Assembly: GCF_964204645.1 (NCBI RefSeq)
Contig: NC_134026.1
Coordinates: 27,190,150-27,254,149, forward strand
From: Tubulanus polymorphus
Lineage: Eukaryota; Animalia; Nemertea
Direction: 5' to 3'
Length of the DNA stretch: 64,000 nucleotides
Made by a program: the position numbers and the translations under genes
Notes under the pieces: generated by a model
Database searches by the model: none
Told to the model about the DNA's origin: nothing
The model's input: only the letters and a program-made list of their open reading frames with translations
In this document: piece after piece, positions 1-17,136 of the stretch
Layout: each line of letters opens with the position of its first letter
Numbering within the stretch: position 1 is the stretch's first letter

Positions 1-1853
1 CATCGATTAGGTCTATCTATTTCAAAGCTGAATTTTATCTGAATTTGAAAACGCTGCCAATGGAATATTTTCTCACTTGCTATATATTTTTGGCAGCACT
101 TATATGGGTACCATTTTTTTTTCCAGCTGAACACTTCTAGACCTCTACCTTACCTCACAAAAATTATAAAAGGTAGATTTTTCTCATTTTTAATATGGAG
201 ATTCTTGCTTTAATATTATTCAAGAACTTCTTCAAAAGGTTCTGGAGTACAATCATATGCAGTAAATTCTAATTGACGTACTGCTGCAGAGACATGGGTT
301 ACACTGTATACTATACTTAATAATTTGTGCATTTTGAAGTTGGTGCAAATACCGGTACTGTACATTTTGGTTATAAAAGAATATTAATAATGGATGTGTA
401 TTATAGATTTTGTATTTTGCTGTGTATAATATACTTTGTTTAAGCTGTTTATATTTTGTATATTTAATCTGGTTGTTATATGTTAATATGTTGATTACTA
501 AATATAGCTTTGCTGCCATATTTCAGGGAAGAATCATGTTTCATAACTGAACATTTGTACATATTTACAGTTAATTGTTGCCTACTTAAAACTGAGATAA
601 TGACTCTACAATTTCATGATTAAACTACCTGTTATGGATTATGAGATACCCTGTACATGTATGAAGGAATATGAATAGGTATAAAGACATATCAAACATT
701 TGGAAAATAGTTGCATATCAAACAGGCATGTGCAATCAAAACTAAATTCACTGGTTGTTATATATTTACGTTGTGAATTCCAAAAGTTTCCTTTTAAATG
801 TTAATTTAGGAATAGTTATATGTATAGGATGAACGGACGGTATTTCAGGATATATGTGCCATGTTAAGTAGGTAGAATGACTCTAGGAATTTAGGAAAAA
901 CTAGTGTTGAATGATATAGGCTTTGATGGAAATATGAATGTGTAAGTAGTAGAACGTGATCACTGTCAGTACCTGGTGCTAATCCATTTAGCATGTTGCT
1001 TTAATGAATGTTATGAAGTTTAAAAGTAAAAAAGGTTTACAGTGGTGCAATTGTATATAAACATGTACATAAATAACGCATAGATTGTTCATTATTTCAT
1101 TGATCGTTTCAATATTTCATTGTCCATTATGTATTCCCTCCAATGCTTTTCCGTGATAGAGTTTTAGATACAGATATTTCTAGCGCTCAAAATTGTACTC
1201 GTAATTAATTCAAAATTATAGATCGCATTCTATGAAAAATATTGTTTTTCATCTCGCGTCCACAGACTCTTGATTTTGGCACAAGCATCTCTTTTGAGCT
1301 TAAAAGCTGATTGATTAATTGCTCAATCTTTCAACAACTTGTTCCAATTTATTTTCAATGATGACATCAAAATATAGTTATTTATTCAGGAATCTAGCTT
1401 CAAATTCCCTTTAACCCACTCATACGTCGAGTAGTTTAGGCCACTGTGATGATTGTGAACTCTCTGTATTTCCACTGTTAAAAGATAGCAAATGTGTATA
1501 CATAAATTCTCGTATCTAAAAGTATTAATAATATGATGATAATGATTATATATAATATGGATATTCATATGTAAACTCAGTAATTTATTGTTCTATGTTT
1601 CTACCTTGTACATTGACAAGTTGTTTTTTTTTCTAATAAAGAACTACAGACAAATAAATGTTATTTGTTGACTTCAGTAACTAGCCTAGTAGGATGTTTG
1701 GAGTCAGACTTGGGCTGCTTGTTAATCTGACCTCCATTACTCCAAGATCTGACATTGCTGATACGTGATATATCGTGAAATAAACGCCTCAAGGATTAAA
1801 AGTCGGAATTACTGTTTTGTTTGTTTACAAACACTTTTAGCACATGGCTAAAC

Positions 1854-1900
1854 CCGGAAGTGAGTGATGTAATCCGTTGAATCGTGTCCTTTCATTCGTT
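1854..1900. promoter_or_regulatory. Putative, possibly bidirectional, promoter of the Src gene: ETS-type site and Inr-like element
   Basis: CCGGAAGT at 1854-1861, followed by TCATTCG near 1892, in a CpG-richer patch about 390 bp upstream of the Src ATG. Function is inferred only. Confidence 0.4.
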
Positions 1901-2284
1901 CGTCGGCGATCCTATCGACGAATCAACAAAGGCCTAACAACACATTAAATATCAGTCCGCTTTTGTTTAGAATAAAAATATATTTTCTAATCAAACAGTA
2001 TTCAGCATATTGCATAATATCGACGTATCTAAAAACTAGTGTTGTTCTGATTTTCATGAATTTAGATGAAAATTCAAATCCGTTTAATACAAAAGAAACC
2101 CCTTGTGAAACTATTTTAATCATCGGCAGAGCACATTTCGGATGCGCTTCGGTTAATGGAGAAATGACACTTCCTGGTCCGGGAATCATCAAATTAACAT
2201 TTAATAGCACGGTAAAAATTGGCTATAATGAAATATTTTAATAGAACCCGCATGTCAGACAATATGTGAATAATAGCTTCAATA

Positions 2285-7559
<5,275 letters not shown>

Positions 7560-10470
7560 AATGGTGCTTAACATGATTTTGCGAATAATTGATAGGAAAG
7601 GGACCTGAAAAATATTACTTGCGCATCATGCATTTTAGTATGTGTTACACTGATATCAGTGAGGGCGTCTAATCAATTATCTATCAGTCATTAATGTCAC
7701 CTGTGAGAATTGGCATATAACCATATCGCGTGTATGAATATATAATAACAGCAATGTAGAGAGACCCGCTTATGACAAAATGTCTCACACGAAAGCCCAA
7801 AAATTCAGAGTCAAAATGAGATTGTTTTTTAATATCCATATTTAGTAAACTCTATCGTAACTTTGTTTTGTTCATGACATATTAATGCTTTGTTTCAATG
7901 AAAATTTATTGGAAAACTAACTGGTGTGTATTACCTATTTCAGGATTTTACCGCATAAAGTTGTAATATTTCATTATAAATCAATGATTACATTCGGCTT
8001 AGAAAATTACAAAGAAATTTTTGAAAATTTATTGTTCATTGAGTGATCATTTGAGGCTGGAGGACATTCATCCTGTGATTGATTAGTAATTGCTGTAGTT
8101 TTTAGTTTCAGTTCGTTTATTAGATTTTCATCCTCTGCTATTCACCTGTTGAAATTGGTATAGCTTGGGCGTACATTCAAATTCCTATCATGGGTTGAAA
8201 ATTCTATTCGTAGTTAAAATCTTAATTTATAAAATCCATTGAATTTAATCTTATTTAATTTTCTGTTATGCAGTTAAATTGCATGTTTTATACCAATATG
8301 ATAATGTGCATTATATACACTGTAACAGGTACATGTACTAAGATGTTGTGTTGTTTATAATCATTCCTATCAAAGACTTGCAGTTTTTGATGTAATTGTA
8401 TCTAATGCATATACCGTATATACATGGGGAACATGAAGGACACCATCATTCAAATGATATATTGGATGGTGATGTTACAGTATTGCACCGTTCTGGTGAA
8501 GTAGTTTTACAGTAAAATATCAGTATTTGCTCTTAAGTCCATCAGAAAGACCAAAATCATTGAAATGTATTGTTAGTGATAGTGAAATAGTGAATTGACT
8601 GGACAGAGTAAATATTTTGTTAAGTTGTCAAATATCAACAGCCTTCTGATGATTGATGTAATGTAAATAGGCAACTGCATTCAATATGGGTATTGATAAT
8701 TGTTCTACCAAGGAAGGCTGAAGCGTACCAATCCTAAGTTCTTTTTTAAATTAATAAAATGTCTTTCTGTATGTATATACCATATATATGTATAATTTAT
8801 TTAATCGTTCCAATGGATAAGGCCAATCCGATTTGGCTCACACATACTAAATTTGTGGTACATTTTCGCTTGAGTTGTAGATATCATTTGCTTTGTTGTA
8901 CGAACTACATCTGTTATCTCCTGGTTCATTCATCATTACAAAGTTGCATTGAGGTTCTTTACAGTAATTGAAGTGCACAAGATGTCTTAGTATATGGTGT
9001 ATATTTCATTACATTGCAACTACCAGTACAACGATTGTGGATAACAATGTAAAATGTTCCAAATTGAAATGTATATACTGAATGTATAATGATTATGTGA
9101 GTGACAGTTTCGCACAGTGTTTCATCCTCGTGTAGATTTAAATAGGCCAGTTTTAAGCTGCTTGATAATATTCTACTACATGTATCAAATACAAGTATAG
9201 TAAACCTTTAATACCTTATGCCTTAAGCAGAATGATGCAGTCAGGTCTTCAATTAATAGATTAATGCTATGATCAATCAGAGGTCTGAAAAAGCTGGACT
9301 CGCATATATTGTGGACCATTAATTTGAAGTCTTTTTGCATTTGATATTTTTTTTATCTTGTTCTGCGTACCATTTTCGTGCGATCTTGTACATTGTAGAT
9401 GCCATCATGTGATTTTATATAAATATTTGAATGTATTGCACATTAATTAATGTCTTTACTGTCTAAAAATAAAGATATTTGTCTGAAAAATTGTGTCGGT
9501 GTATTTGATTGCTGTAGTCTAGTATCTAATAAAAAAAATAATATTAGCCGTTGTTCCTCAAACAGGGGACCGTAACAACGTCTGGTATTCAGATTATTGA
9601 TCGCTGGAAACTGAATCCGATTCAGCCCAAAGACATCGGTTCGAAAATCTTCAAGCATAAAATTGTTAAGTTTGAATTGTTGGCCTCAAAACATGAAGTA
9701 ACCGATAGCAATTAAACCAAAAATCAGTGAGCTTTTATTTTGAAAACGTTTTTTGCACACTGGATCTGGCGACTTCTTGTTTTCAGCGAGGACATGTTTA
9801 GACAGTTCCTTGATTATATTGCTGACCGATTCAAGAGTCTAACATCGTTTTTCTATACGGTACATCAGGTTTGCATCTTACTCGGCCCTATGCCAGCAAA
9901 AGCCTGCGGCGGCACTTAAGTGGCGCAGAATTCGACAGGCAACCAGTCTAGCCATTACGATTATGGATGCCCTGATTTGGATATTCTCGGAGCTTCCCGT
10001 TAATTGTTTATTGATTGGTATTAAGGGTTTTCCCAACCCAAACCAGGAAGTTATAAACTGGCCTTTCTTGGGCCCCCTTTCTTGTTGAAATTGCAGTGAA
10101 ATTTGACATCATCACACAAATTGCATCAATCATCGCCGTTAATATGGGAAGAAATACCATAGACGTACAAATCCCTTTTGAATGAAGTATGATCGATTGA
10201 TCTGATTAATCTAAAACTCACGTTAGTTGTGTAAGTTATACGACGGTCGAGCAAAAGTAGGTCTACTCACATACTCAGAAACTAGTAGAGTTTTTAGAGA
10301 GCTAGACTGAGGCCAACTCACTTAAATTGATCTTTATATTTTAGCATATAGACCTATAATCAAATCTTTGAATTTGATTTGATTGACAAGCCCTTTTTCA
10401 ATTTGCTGGATAGAGCCAGGCATATGTTTACCGTTCTTGAATTTTTATAGGCCTACTAAATGCTTACTAT

Positions 10471-10508
10471 CAAAAATTCATAAAGACTCGAGTCTTGATG
10501 AATTTTTG
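10471..10508. repeat. Near-perfect 38-bp palindrome
   Basis: caaaaattcataaagactc|gagtcttgatgaatttttg: two 19-bp arms with one mismatch and no spacer. Confidence 0.85.
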
Positions 10509-10907
10509 TTACTATTGATAAACCGTCATATCATATTTGTTTGATTTGTCATAGAAGTTTGTACTTAATGACCATAAACAATAGCGTTATTCTCGGGAAT
10601 TAAATTGATTATCTAAATCTCTTGGGGAATTATTTACAAACTAGGGTTTGTAGCAATTAGAAATAGAAATTTAGGCTGGGTAATTATGATATTGGCTTAA
10701 AGCAGCTTGTGTAAACCCTTGATTGCTTTGCATTGTTTGTAGTAGAATTATTGACAGTTTGTTAATTTATACACTTTACAATTATTGCAGGCTTTACTGA
10801 CAGCGAGTCCAAACAATTCTCAACATATGCTTGCTGACTTGGAAGTTGTGAACACATCTGTAGAGATCCATCTGGCTTTAGATATATTGTGACCAAAGTT
10901 TGTGAAA

Positions 10908-13900
10908 ATGACTGAGGAAAATGGCCTCGTTACACCTACAAAGGTAAAGAGTTCTAACATATAAACTCTATTATTGTTATAGTCTGAAGCATTTGATATG
11001 ATTTTGACTTTTTTTTTAGGCTTTGGGATCTACAAATTATTCGTCTCCTATTTTCAATGGCTTAGGATCCAGTAATCGAAGTGGAGAGTCACGTTGTCGA
11101 AATATTTCAACAAGTAGTCCAAGTCCATCTCGTTTAACAGATACTGCTGCATTTTCTCCGTATTATTCACAAGTAAATTCATGTTGTCATTCCAACGTAA
11201 AGAAATCAAAAATATTTTACCCCAAAACTAACTATATGTGGATAATAATGTCAAAGAATGCATTTCGTATAATTTGGTGTAAAAAATGCAATTTATTGAC
11301 TTTAAATGGGTCATCACAATTGATAAGAAATCTCATTGACTTGAATTGATCGATGATTTCAAGCGTTAAAAATAAAATGGATAACAAATCAACCACAATG
11401 CTATATTTCATGTCATCTTGGTTGATCTTGGTAAATTGTGTCATCTCGGTAATAAGGATGGTACGGTAGTAGATAAATTTGAAATTCACATCTATTTCAG
11501 GGTATGTCGCCGTCCGCGCTATCGGATGATATCATCAAGAAGCAGCGTAAAGAACTTCAGTTGTTGATAACCGAGTTAAAAGATCGAGATCATGAATTGA
11601 ATGATATGCTTGCAGCTCACAAGAAACAACTTCTCGGTTGGGAAGAAGACCGACAACGAGTTTTAACTCTGGAACAGAAATTATCTCGAGCTCAAGGTAT
11701 TAGCAGTATTCATACCTGGTAGTTGTTTTCATGGTTGTTCATGGTTAATTCAACAGTTTGTTTCCATTCAGTTGATTTCCAGAATAAACGCGAAGAATGT
11801 AAACGTGTTCGCAATAAGCTGAAAGTGCTCATGAATGAAGGACAAAGTAATGCATCTGCGTTAGAAAATACTCAAGAACAGTTGGTAAAACTGAGCGAAC
11901 AGAGTAGTCAAAAGGATTTGTATCTACAGGATTTAGAGGTAATTAAGTAAATAATCATTACGATTTGTTTCTTATCCATTCTTATAAATTTTACCTGATA
12001 TACCGGTACTACAAATTTCTAATCGGATTTAGGAAAAGAATGGTAATTTGAATTCTATTGTCAACGATCTCAATTCGAAATTGGGACAACTTGAAGCCCG
12101 AGAACATGAGTTACTAACTATGGTGAAGTTAAAGGTTTGTAAAGCAGATTCCGTAGAGAAAAAGGTTGGCTGAATGCTTTCTTACTGGTCATTTCGAACT
12201 GTTGTATTCACAGGACAAAGATTTGCTCAGTGCGTCAGATCATATCTCTGACTTATCAAGTAAACTAAAGAAGTTTGACTTCCAAAACAGAGAATCGCTG
12301 AGAAATGAGGCAAATGCAAGAAAGGCAGCAAATGAATGGAAGTCAAAGTATATTGACTTGAAAAAAGATTTTGATGCTTTAAAAGGTATGAATTTTGTGA
12401 TTTAGGGAGTGAGTTGATTTATGATTTAAATGAAGTGAATTACATTCTGGTTATTAATTTCAGGTGAACTGTCTAAAAAACAAAACGAGTATGATACGCT
12501 TAGTGTAGATGTAGAAAAAATGAAATTAGAACTAGCAGACTTGAATACTCAATGTGAACATTCAAATGAACGTGAAAAGCGTAAAGAAGAACTGATTGAA
12601 CTGGGAAAATCGAAACAAGAGAGAACAGAGTCAGAATTATCTAATCTGAGAATGGTAAAGTTTGTAATCATACAAATTCGTTTCTATCCAAATTTTTGGT
12701 TTCACCAGTATTTTTGATTAATGTTCTTTGTAGATCTATGAACGTCAACAAAAAGACATAACATTACTACATTTGAATCTTGAAAGTTCAAAGGAGTTAT
12801 TGGCTAGGCAAAGAGATACTTTCACGGCTACTATTAAGTATGTAAATTGTACTAAAAAGTAGTAAGAGATGTGTGGTAATATTGCATATTTATAAATGCA
12901 TTTGATTGATATAATTCTAGCGATTCGCTGCTGGAAGACACTGGCCGTCCATTGTCTGAGTACACAATAAGAACCAGTTCACCAGATCCAAATCCGATAT
13001 CAGGCTCACGTTCGGCAATAACATTTAATGACAGAAACAGTTTTATCAGTTCCATCAATCAAGATGATACACATGAAATATCATTTCAAACATTAGAACC
13101 CGAGCACAATGATTTTATACTTCCATCTGCCACTGAGGTAAATTTAATAGTGTAATGCCAGATCTTAAACTGCAGTAAGTCATTTAATACACTTCACACA
13201 TGTTATTTAATGTGCAGGTTAAGTCTGTAAGGTTCTATAAAGATGAACCAATTCAGACCGAGAAAAAAAATAATCCGAATGGTTCAGTAAAGGTAATATT
13301 ACTAGTTACTGGAATGTTGATATTTACAATCATCAGTTGCATTTTTAGAATAATCATTATCATCCACATGTACCACTGTTTAAATATCTCTCATCGGGAC
13401 AAACAAGAATTGTTTGACGTCTATCATCTTATTGATGCATGTAGCATGCAGCATGGATCAATACGATTAACTTAAGATTCATGCTGTGTATTAAGTTTCT
13501 GAAAAGAATGTAGACATTGTTACAAATAAGGGCTAAAAAAAATTGATACCTTGTTTCTCCGCTCTGCTGAGCTTAAATGTTGACCCGGCCGGCCGCCTAT
13601 CTACCCTATACATTACTTTCTTTTAAAATCGTGATCAATTTCACCATAACAGACCCGGCCGCTATAGAAATGAACTGTTTATAAATTTTATCATATTTTA
13701 CAAAAATGACCCGGCCGCTGCGGAGAAACAAGGTATCATTTTTGTTTAGCCTAAGTTCTCAGTTTATTTTTTTGTTTGCTTTTGTTTTATTCCATGCATT
13801 TTGTTAACTTTTTAATGAATGAATTAAAGAGTATGTTGATTAATTCTATCTATCCAGCTAATCATATAATAGATTGAATCATAATTTTCGATTTCTCAGG

Positions 13901-14170
13901 AAAGATTTTCTCCAACAAGTAAACTACACAGACTACTGATGGAATCGAGGCAAATGGTGGATAATCTCGAGAAAGCAGCCTTAACACCCTCTATCAACAA
14001 ACAGGTATATGCAATATATGATCAAACATTGAATTAGATGTCATACACTGTATGTAAGAAGTCTCATGAAATATGCAACTTTTATTTTAAAGAATACCTC
14101 GAGAGAACCATTGAGCCCTAGTGGAAAACACACTCCAGTATCGAATAGTGAAGATGAAGTGAATAAATGA
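10908..14170 (+). CDS. CCDC62: Coiled-coil domain-containing protein 62-like, 531 aa
   Basis: Exons 10908-10943, 11020-11172, 11501-11696, 11772-11938, 12033-12134, 12214-12385, 12464-12654, 12734-12837, 12921-13137, 13218-13292, 13900-14004, 14093-14170 (1596 nt, in frame). The segments KQRKELQLLITELKDRDHELNDMLAAHKKQLLGWEEDRQRVLTLE, EREKRKEELIELGKSKQERTESELSNLR and FSPTSKLHRLLMESRQMV match vertebrate CCDC62 as I recall it. AATAAA at 14550-14555. The first two exons are less certain. Confidence 0.88.
13531..13751. mobile_element. MITE (non-autonomous DNA transposon), about 220 bp, in a CCDC62 intron
   Basis: 32-bp terminal inverted repeats: ggctaaaaaaaattgataccttgtttctccgc at 13531 and gcggagaaacaaggtatcatttttgtttagcc ending at 13751. 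Direct TAAG flanks both ends. Three internal gacccggccg copies. The TAA-type target is compatible with PIF/Harbinger (inference). Confidence 0.8.
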
Positions 14171-14769
14171 GACGCCACGGCTTGTCTTCTAGTCGTGGAA
14201 GAGATGAAATATGTCTATGCATTTTCCGAATACTGTTGAACAGTTGCAGGCCACAGTTTCTGTGCATTTGAGAAGGAACGCATGTACACAGGAGCAATGT
14301 ACATATGTTGTTAAACCCGGCAGGATTTTTTATTTACTGATTTATACGAGGCGAATTTAATGCCGTTTTATAAGAGTTGAATTCAATGTTCGTTCTGTTT
14401 ATTTGGTAGATGAATGTGCAAACCTTGTCTCACAGTCGTTTGTATGAAAGCTCTGCATTTATTGAGGATTTGTAACGCAATCCTTGTACAATATCTTAGT
14501 TTTGAATTAAATGAATTTGTGAATTGATAATTCTTTTATATACTTTTAAAATAAAATTATTTATTATTCGAATTCCGTTGTTCTATGGAATGATGTGTTT
14601 CGAGGGGTGGAGCGATCTTAGTTTTACATGGCTAGTAGTATATAGAATAAGTACGTTTCAGCACTATTGGTACGGAAAAGTAGCACTTTTTAGTGAATGC
14701 ACCAAATGGACATAGTACTGCTGCTGCTGCTGCTCATATCAAATCATAAATACTGGACGAGTTGAGGAG

Positions 14770-14864
14770 CATGAAATTTTGTTGAACACGGCGATTGTGG
14801 CATTTCCAAAATGCTCTGGGAGGTAAACATGAAATTATGTTGAAATCGGCGATTGTGGCGTTTT
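14770..14864. repeat. Imperfect direct repeat, about 36 bp, 58-bp period
   Basis: catgaaattttgttgaacacggcgattgtggcattt (14770) and catgaaattatgttgaaatcggcgattgtggcgtttt (14828), with a third partial copy near 14897-14919. Confidence 0.7.
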
Positions 14865-17136
14865 ACGAATCGACTTTGTATTCGGGATTGAATAGAAAAA
14901 TTGTGTTCGTGGCGTTTTTAAGCGCATTCAATTAACCCTATTTGAAAATTAAGCACAAATCAGGGCATTAACAAAGCGTTTCCAAAAAGTACATGAGCAC
15001 TAAATGGCACTCACTTGCTACAAAACCATGGTAGATCTACGAGCAGTTATCTCTACGAATGCAGATGATTCTTACTAGGCCTTACATCACTTCATACGCT
15101 TCCAGATTCTCAGTTTGTGAATGGTAAATCTACGACTTAATGTTACGGCATAGTCTACAATTTCTCGGTGTTGAGACTATTCTCTAAGGTTCAATTGGTG
15201 AACTCAATTTATACCGATATAATGCGTTTATAAAGAAAAAAAACTAGATCATCTACATGAATGAACATTTCCTTTATTGAAGTATATATATATTTCTTTT
15301 TTACAACAATATTTACAAAACATTTATCTTAGATAATAACAACATGCATCCTTAGGAATGTCTTATCACATTTATAATATTGTTTTACTTGTTACATAAG
15401 CCGGTACTTAACCGTTAGATACTCTACATACTGCCCGCACCGTTACACAACTGCTTAACTAGAAACAATTGATGCAAATTTCAACTCAATATCAACCCAA
15501 AGAGCTTAGCGGGAAAATTTGTGAAAAGTCCAAAAGGTATGAAGTCTAAAACCCAGAGTGTACATGTCTGTACATTTAGACAAAATTTAGATAATTACGA
15601 ATAAGTAGTAGATGCAGTTTGATCACACTTTGTAACCACGACGTACAGTTAAAACGACACGAATCTACGTTACGATAAATATAAATGTATACTTTGTACA
15701 ATTACCTGTATTTTTCCAGTTTAATTTTTCTGATCTTTCCGCTTGCTAATGATGTACATGATGATATGATTAACATTTATAACATCGACATAAAACTTAT
15801 AAAAACTAAATCTAACTAGAATTATATATAGGCTCAATAACATGACCTGTATCCCCAGTGGGTGTAACAAATGAAGAGAAAATATGATATATACATTCAG
15901 ATTTATATTATAAACATTTTTTTCGTACAAATACTATTCTAATCAAGGGTATTATTTACAATCATATGTATACTTTTTTATTCGATATGATTACACTGCA
16001 TAGTGTTCTATCAAATGCTGAAGACATAACTACATAAATATCCATTAACTTATATTGTTTTATATGTTCTATATAATGCATTGTCGGGTATAAAATGAAC
16101 ACTTAATACTTCAATTAGATATATATATACGAATAATAATCATATTAATGATTGATATACTTTTTAATATTAATAACATTTATCACAATTGCGGGTTCTT
16201 GTTTCGCGGGTTTATACAAATCGGGCCACATCTGGGTCGTTCCACAACGCCATTTTATCGGTATAAGTGGAACCATGGATGCTAAAACGAATGGTTTTAG
16301 GTATGAAGGTTCAGACGTTTGACATCACATATTTTAGATTTGTTGATACGATGAAGAACATCGTAGTCTTCAGCAAATGGGTAATTAGGAAATTCTAAAC
16401 AGTGGAATGTAATTCTAAGCTGTCTTTATTATTTTAGTACCTCGCGTACCTTTTTGCCCTTTATGCAAAATTTACAGTTATATATATATATATATATACA
16501 TTCATTATGTATTTACATATATGCTGGCATATATGCTCACGTATAGTGATTATGTATTATTATGTAAGACGACTCGAATATATATATATATATGTCACAG
16601 ATATATCGATAGATTTTCAGTTATATTTACCAATGACTACGGTTTCCAGAAGCAGGAATATATTCACCGCTGAAGTCTTTCGATGTTAGCCCGTCTTGAT
16701 AAATTCTATTGAGATCAGAGACGGTCATTCTTTCAACCTACACGCACTTAATATACTATAGACAAACCTGGTACTAAATCTACCGTGTATCCTTATTGTT
16801 GTATTTAAGGCCAATTTCAACTTTTACCAAACATTATTACTATGACTATTGATATAATATTATTATTAAAGTTTTCGTTCAGGTTGAATACATATGTGCA
16901 TATCCAATCTTGAATGGCGCGAATATAATCCACTTTCACGTCGCATGCTTCAACTTTTTTCATTAAAGAATTCGACTTCGATTTCTTTATTTCATGGTGT
17001 TTGCAAAGCACACACCTTTCCACCAAAACCAGCTAAGACACTTAGTAGGTGTATTATGAATCACCTTGATAGTAGAATACAAGTATTTCGCTTCGTAAAT
17101 CCCATTGACTGGCATTGACCAGCATTCGTCGCAACT

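Noticed and set aside
14770-14920. Repeat-spacer-like pattern resembling a CRISPR array
   Set aside because: Only 2-3 degenerate copies, eukaryotic context, and no cas genes.
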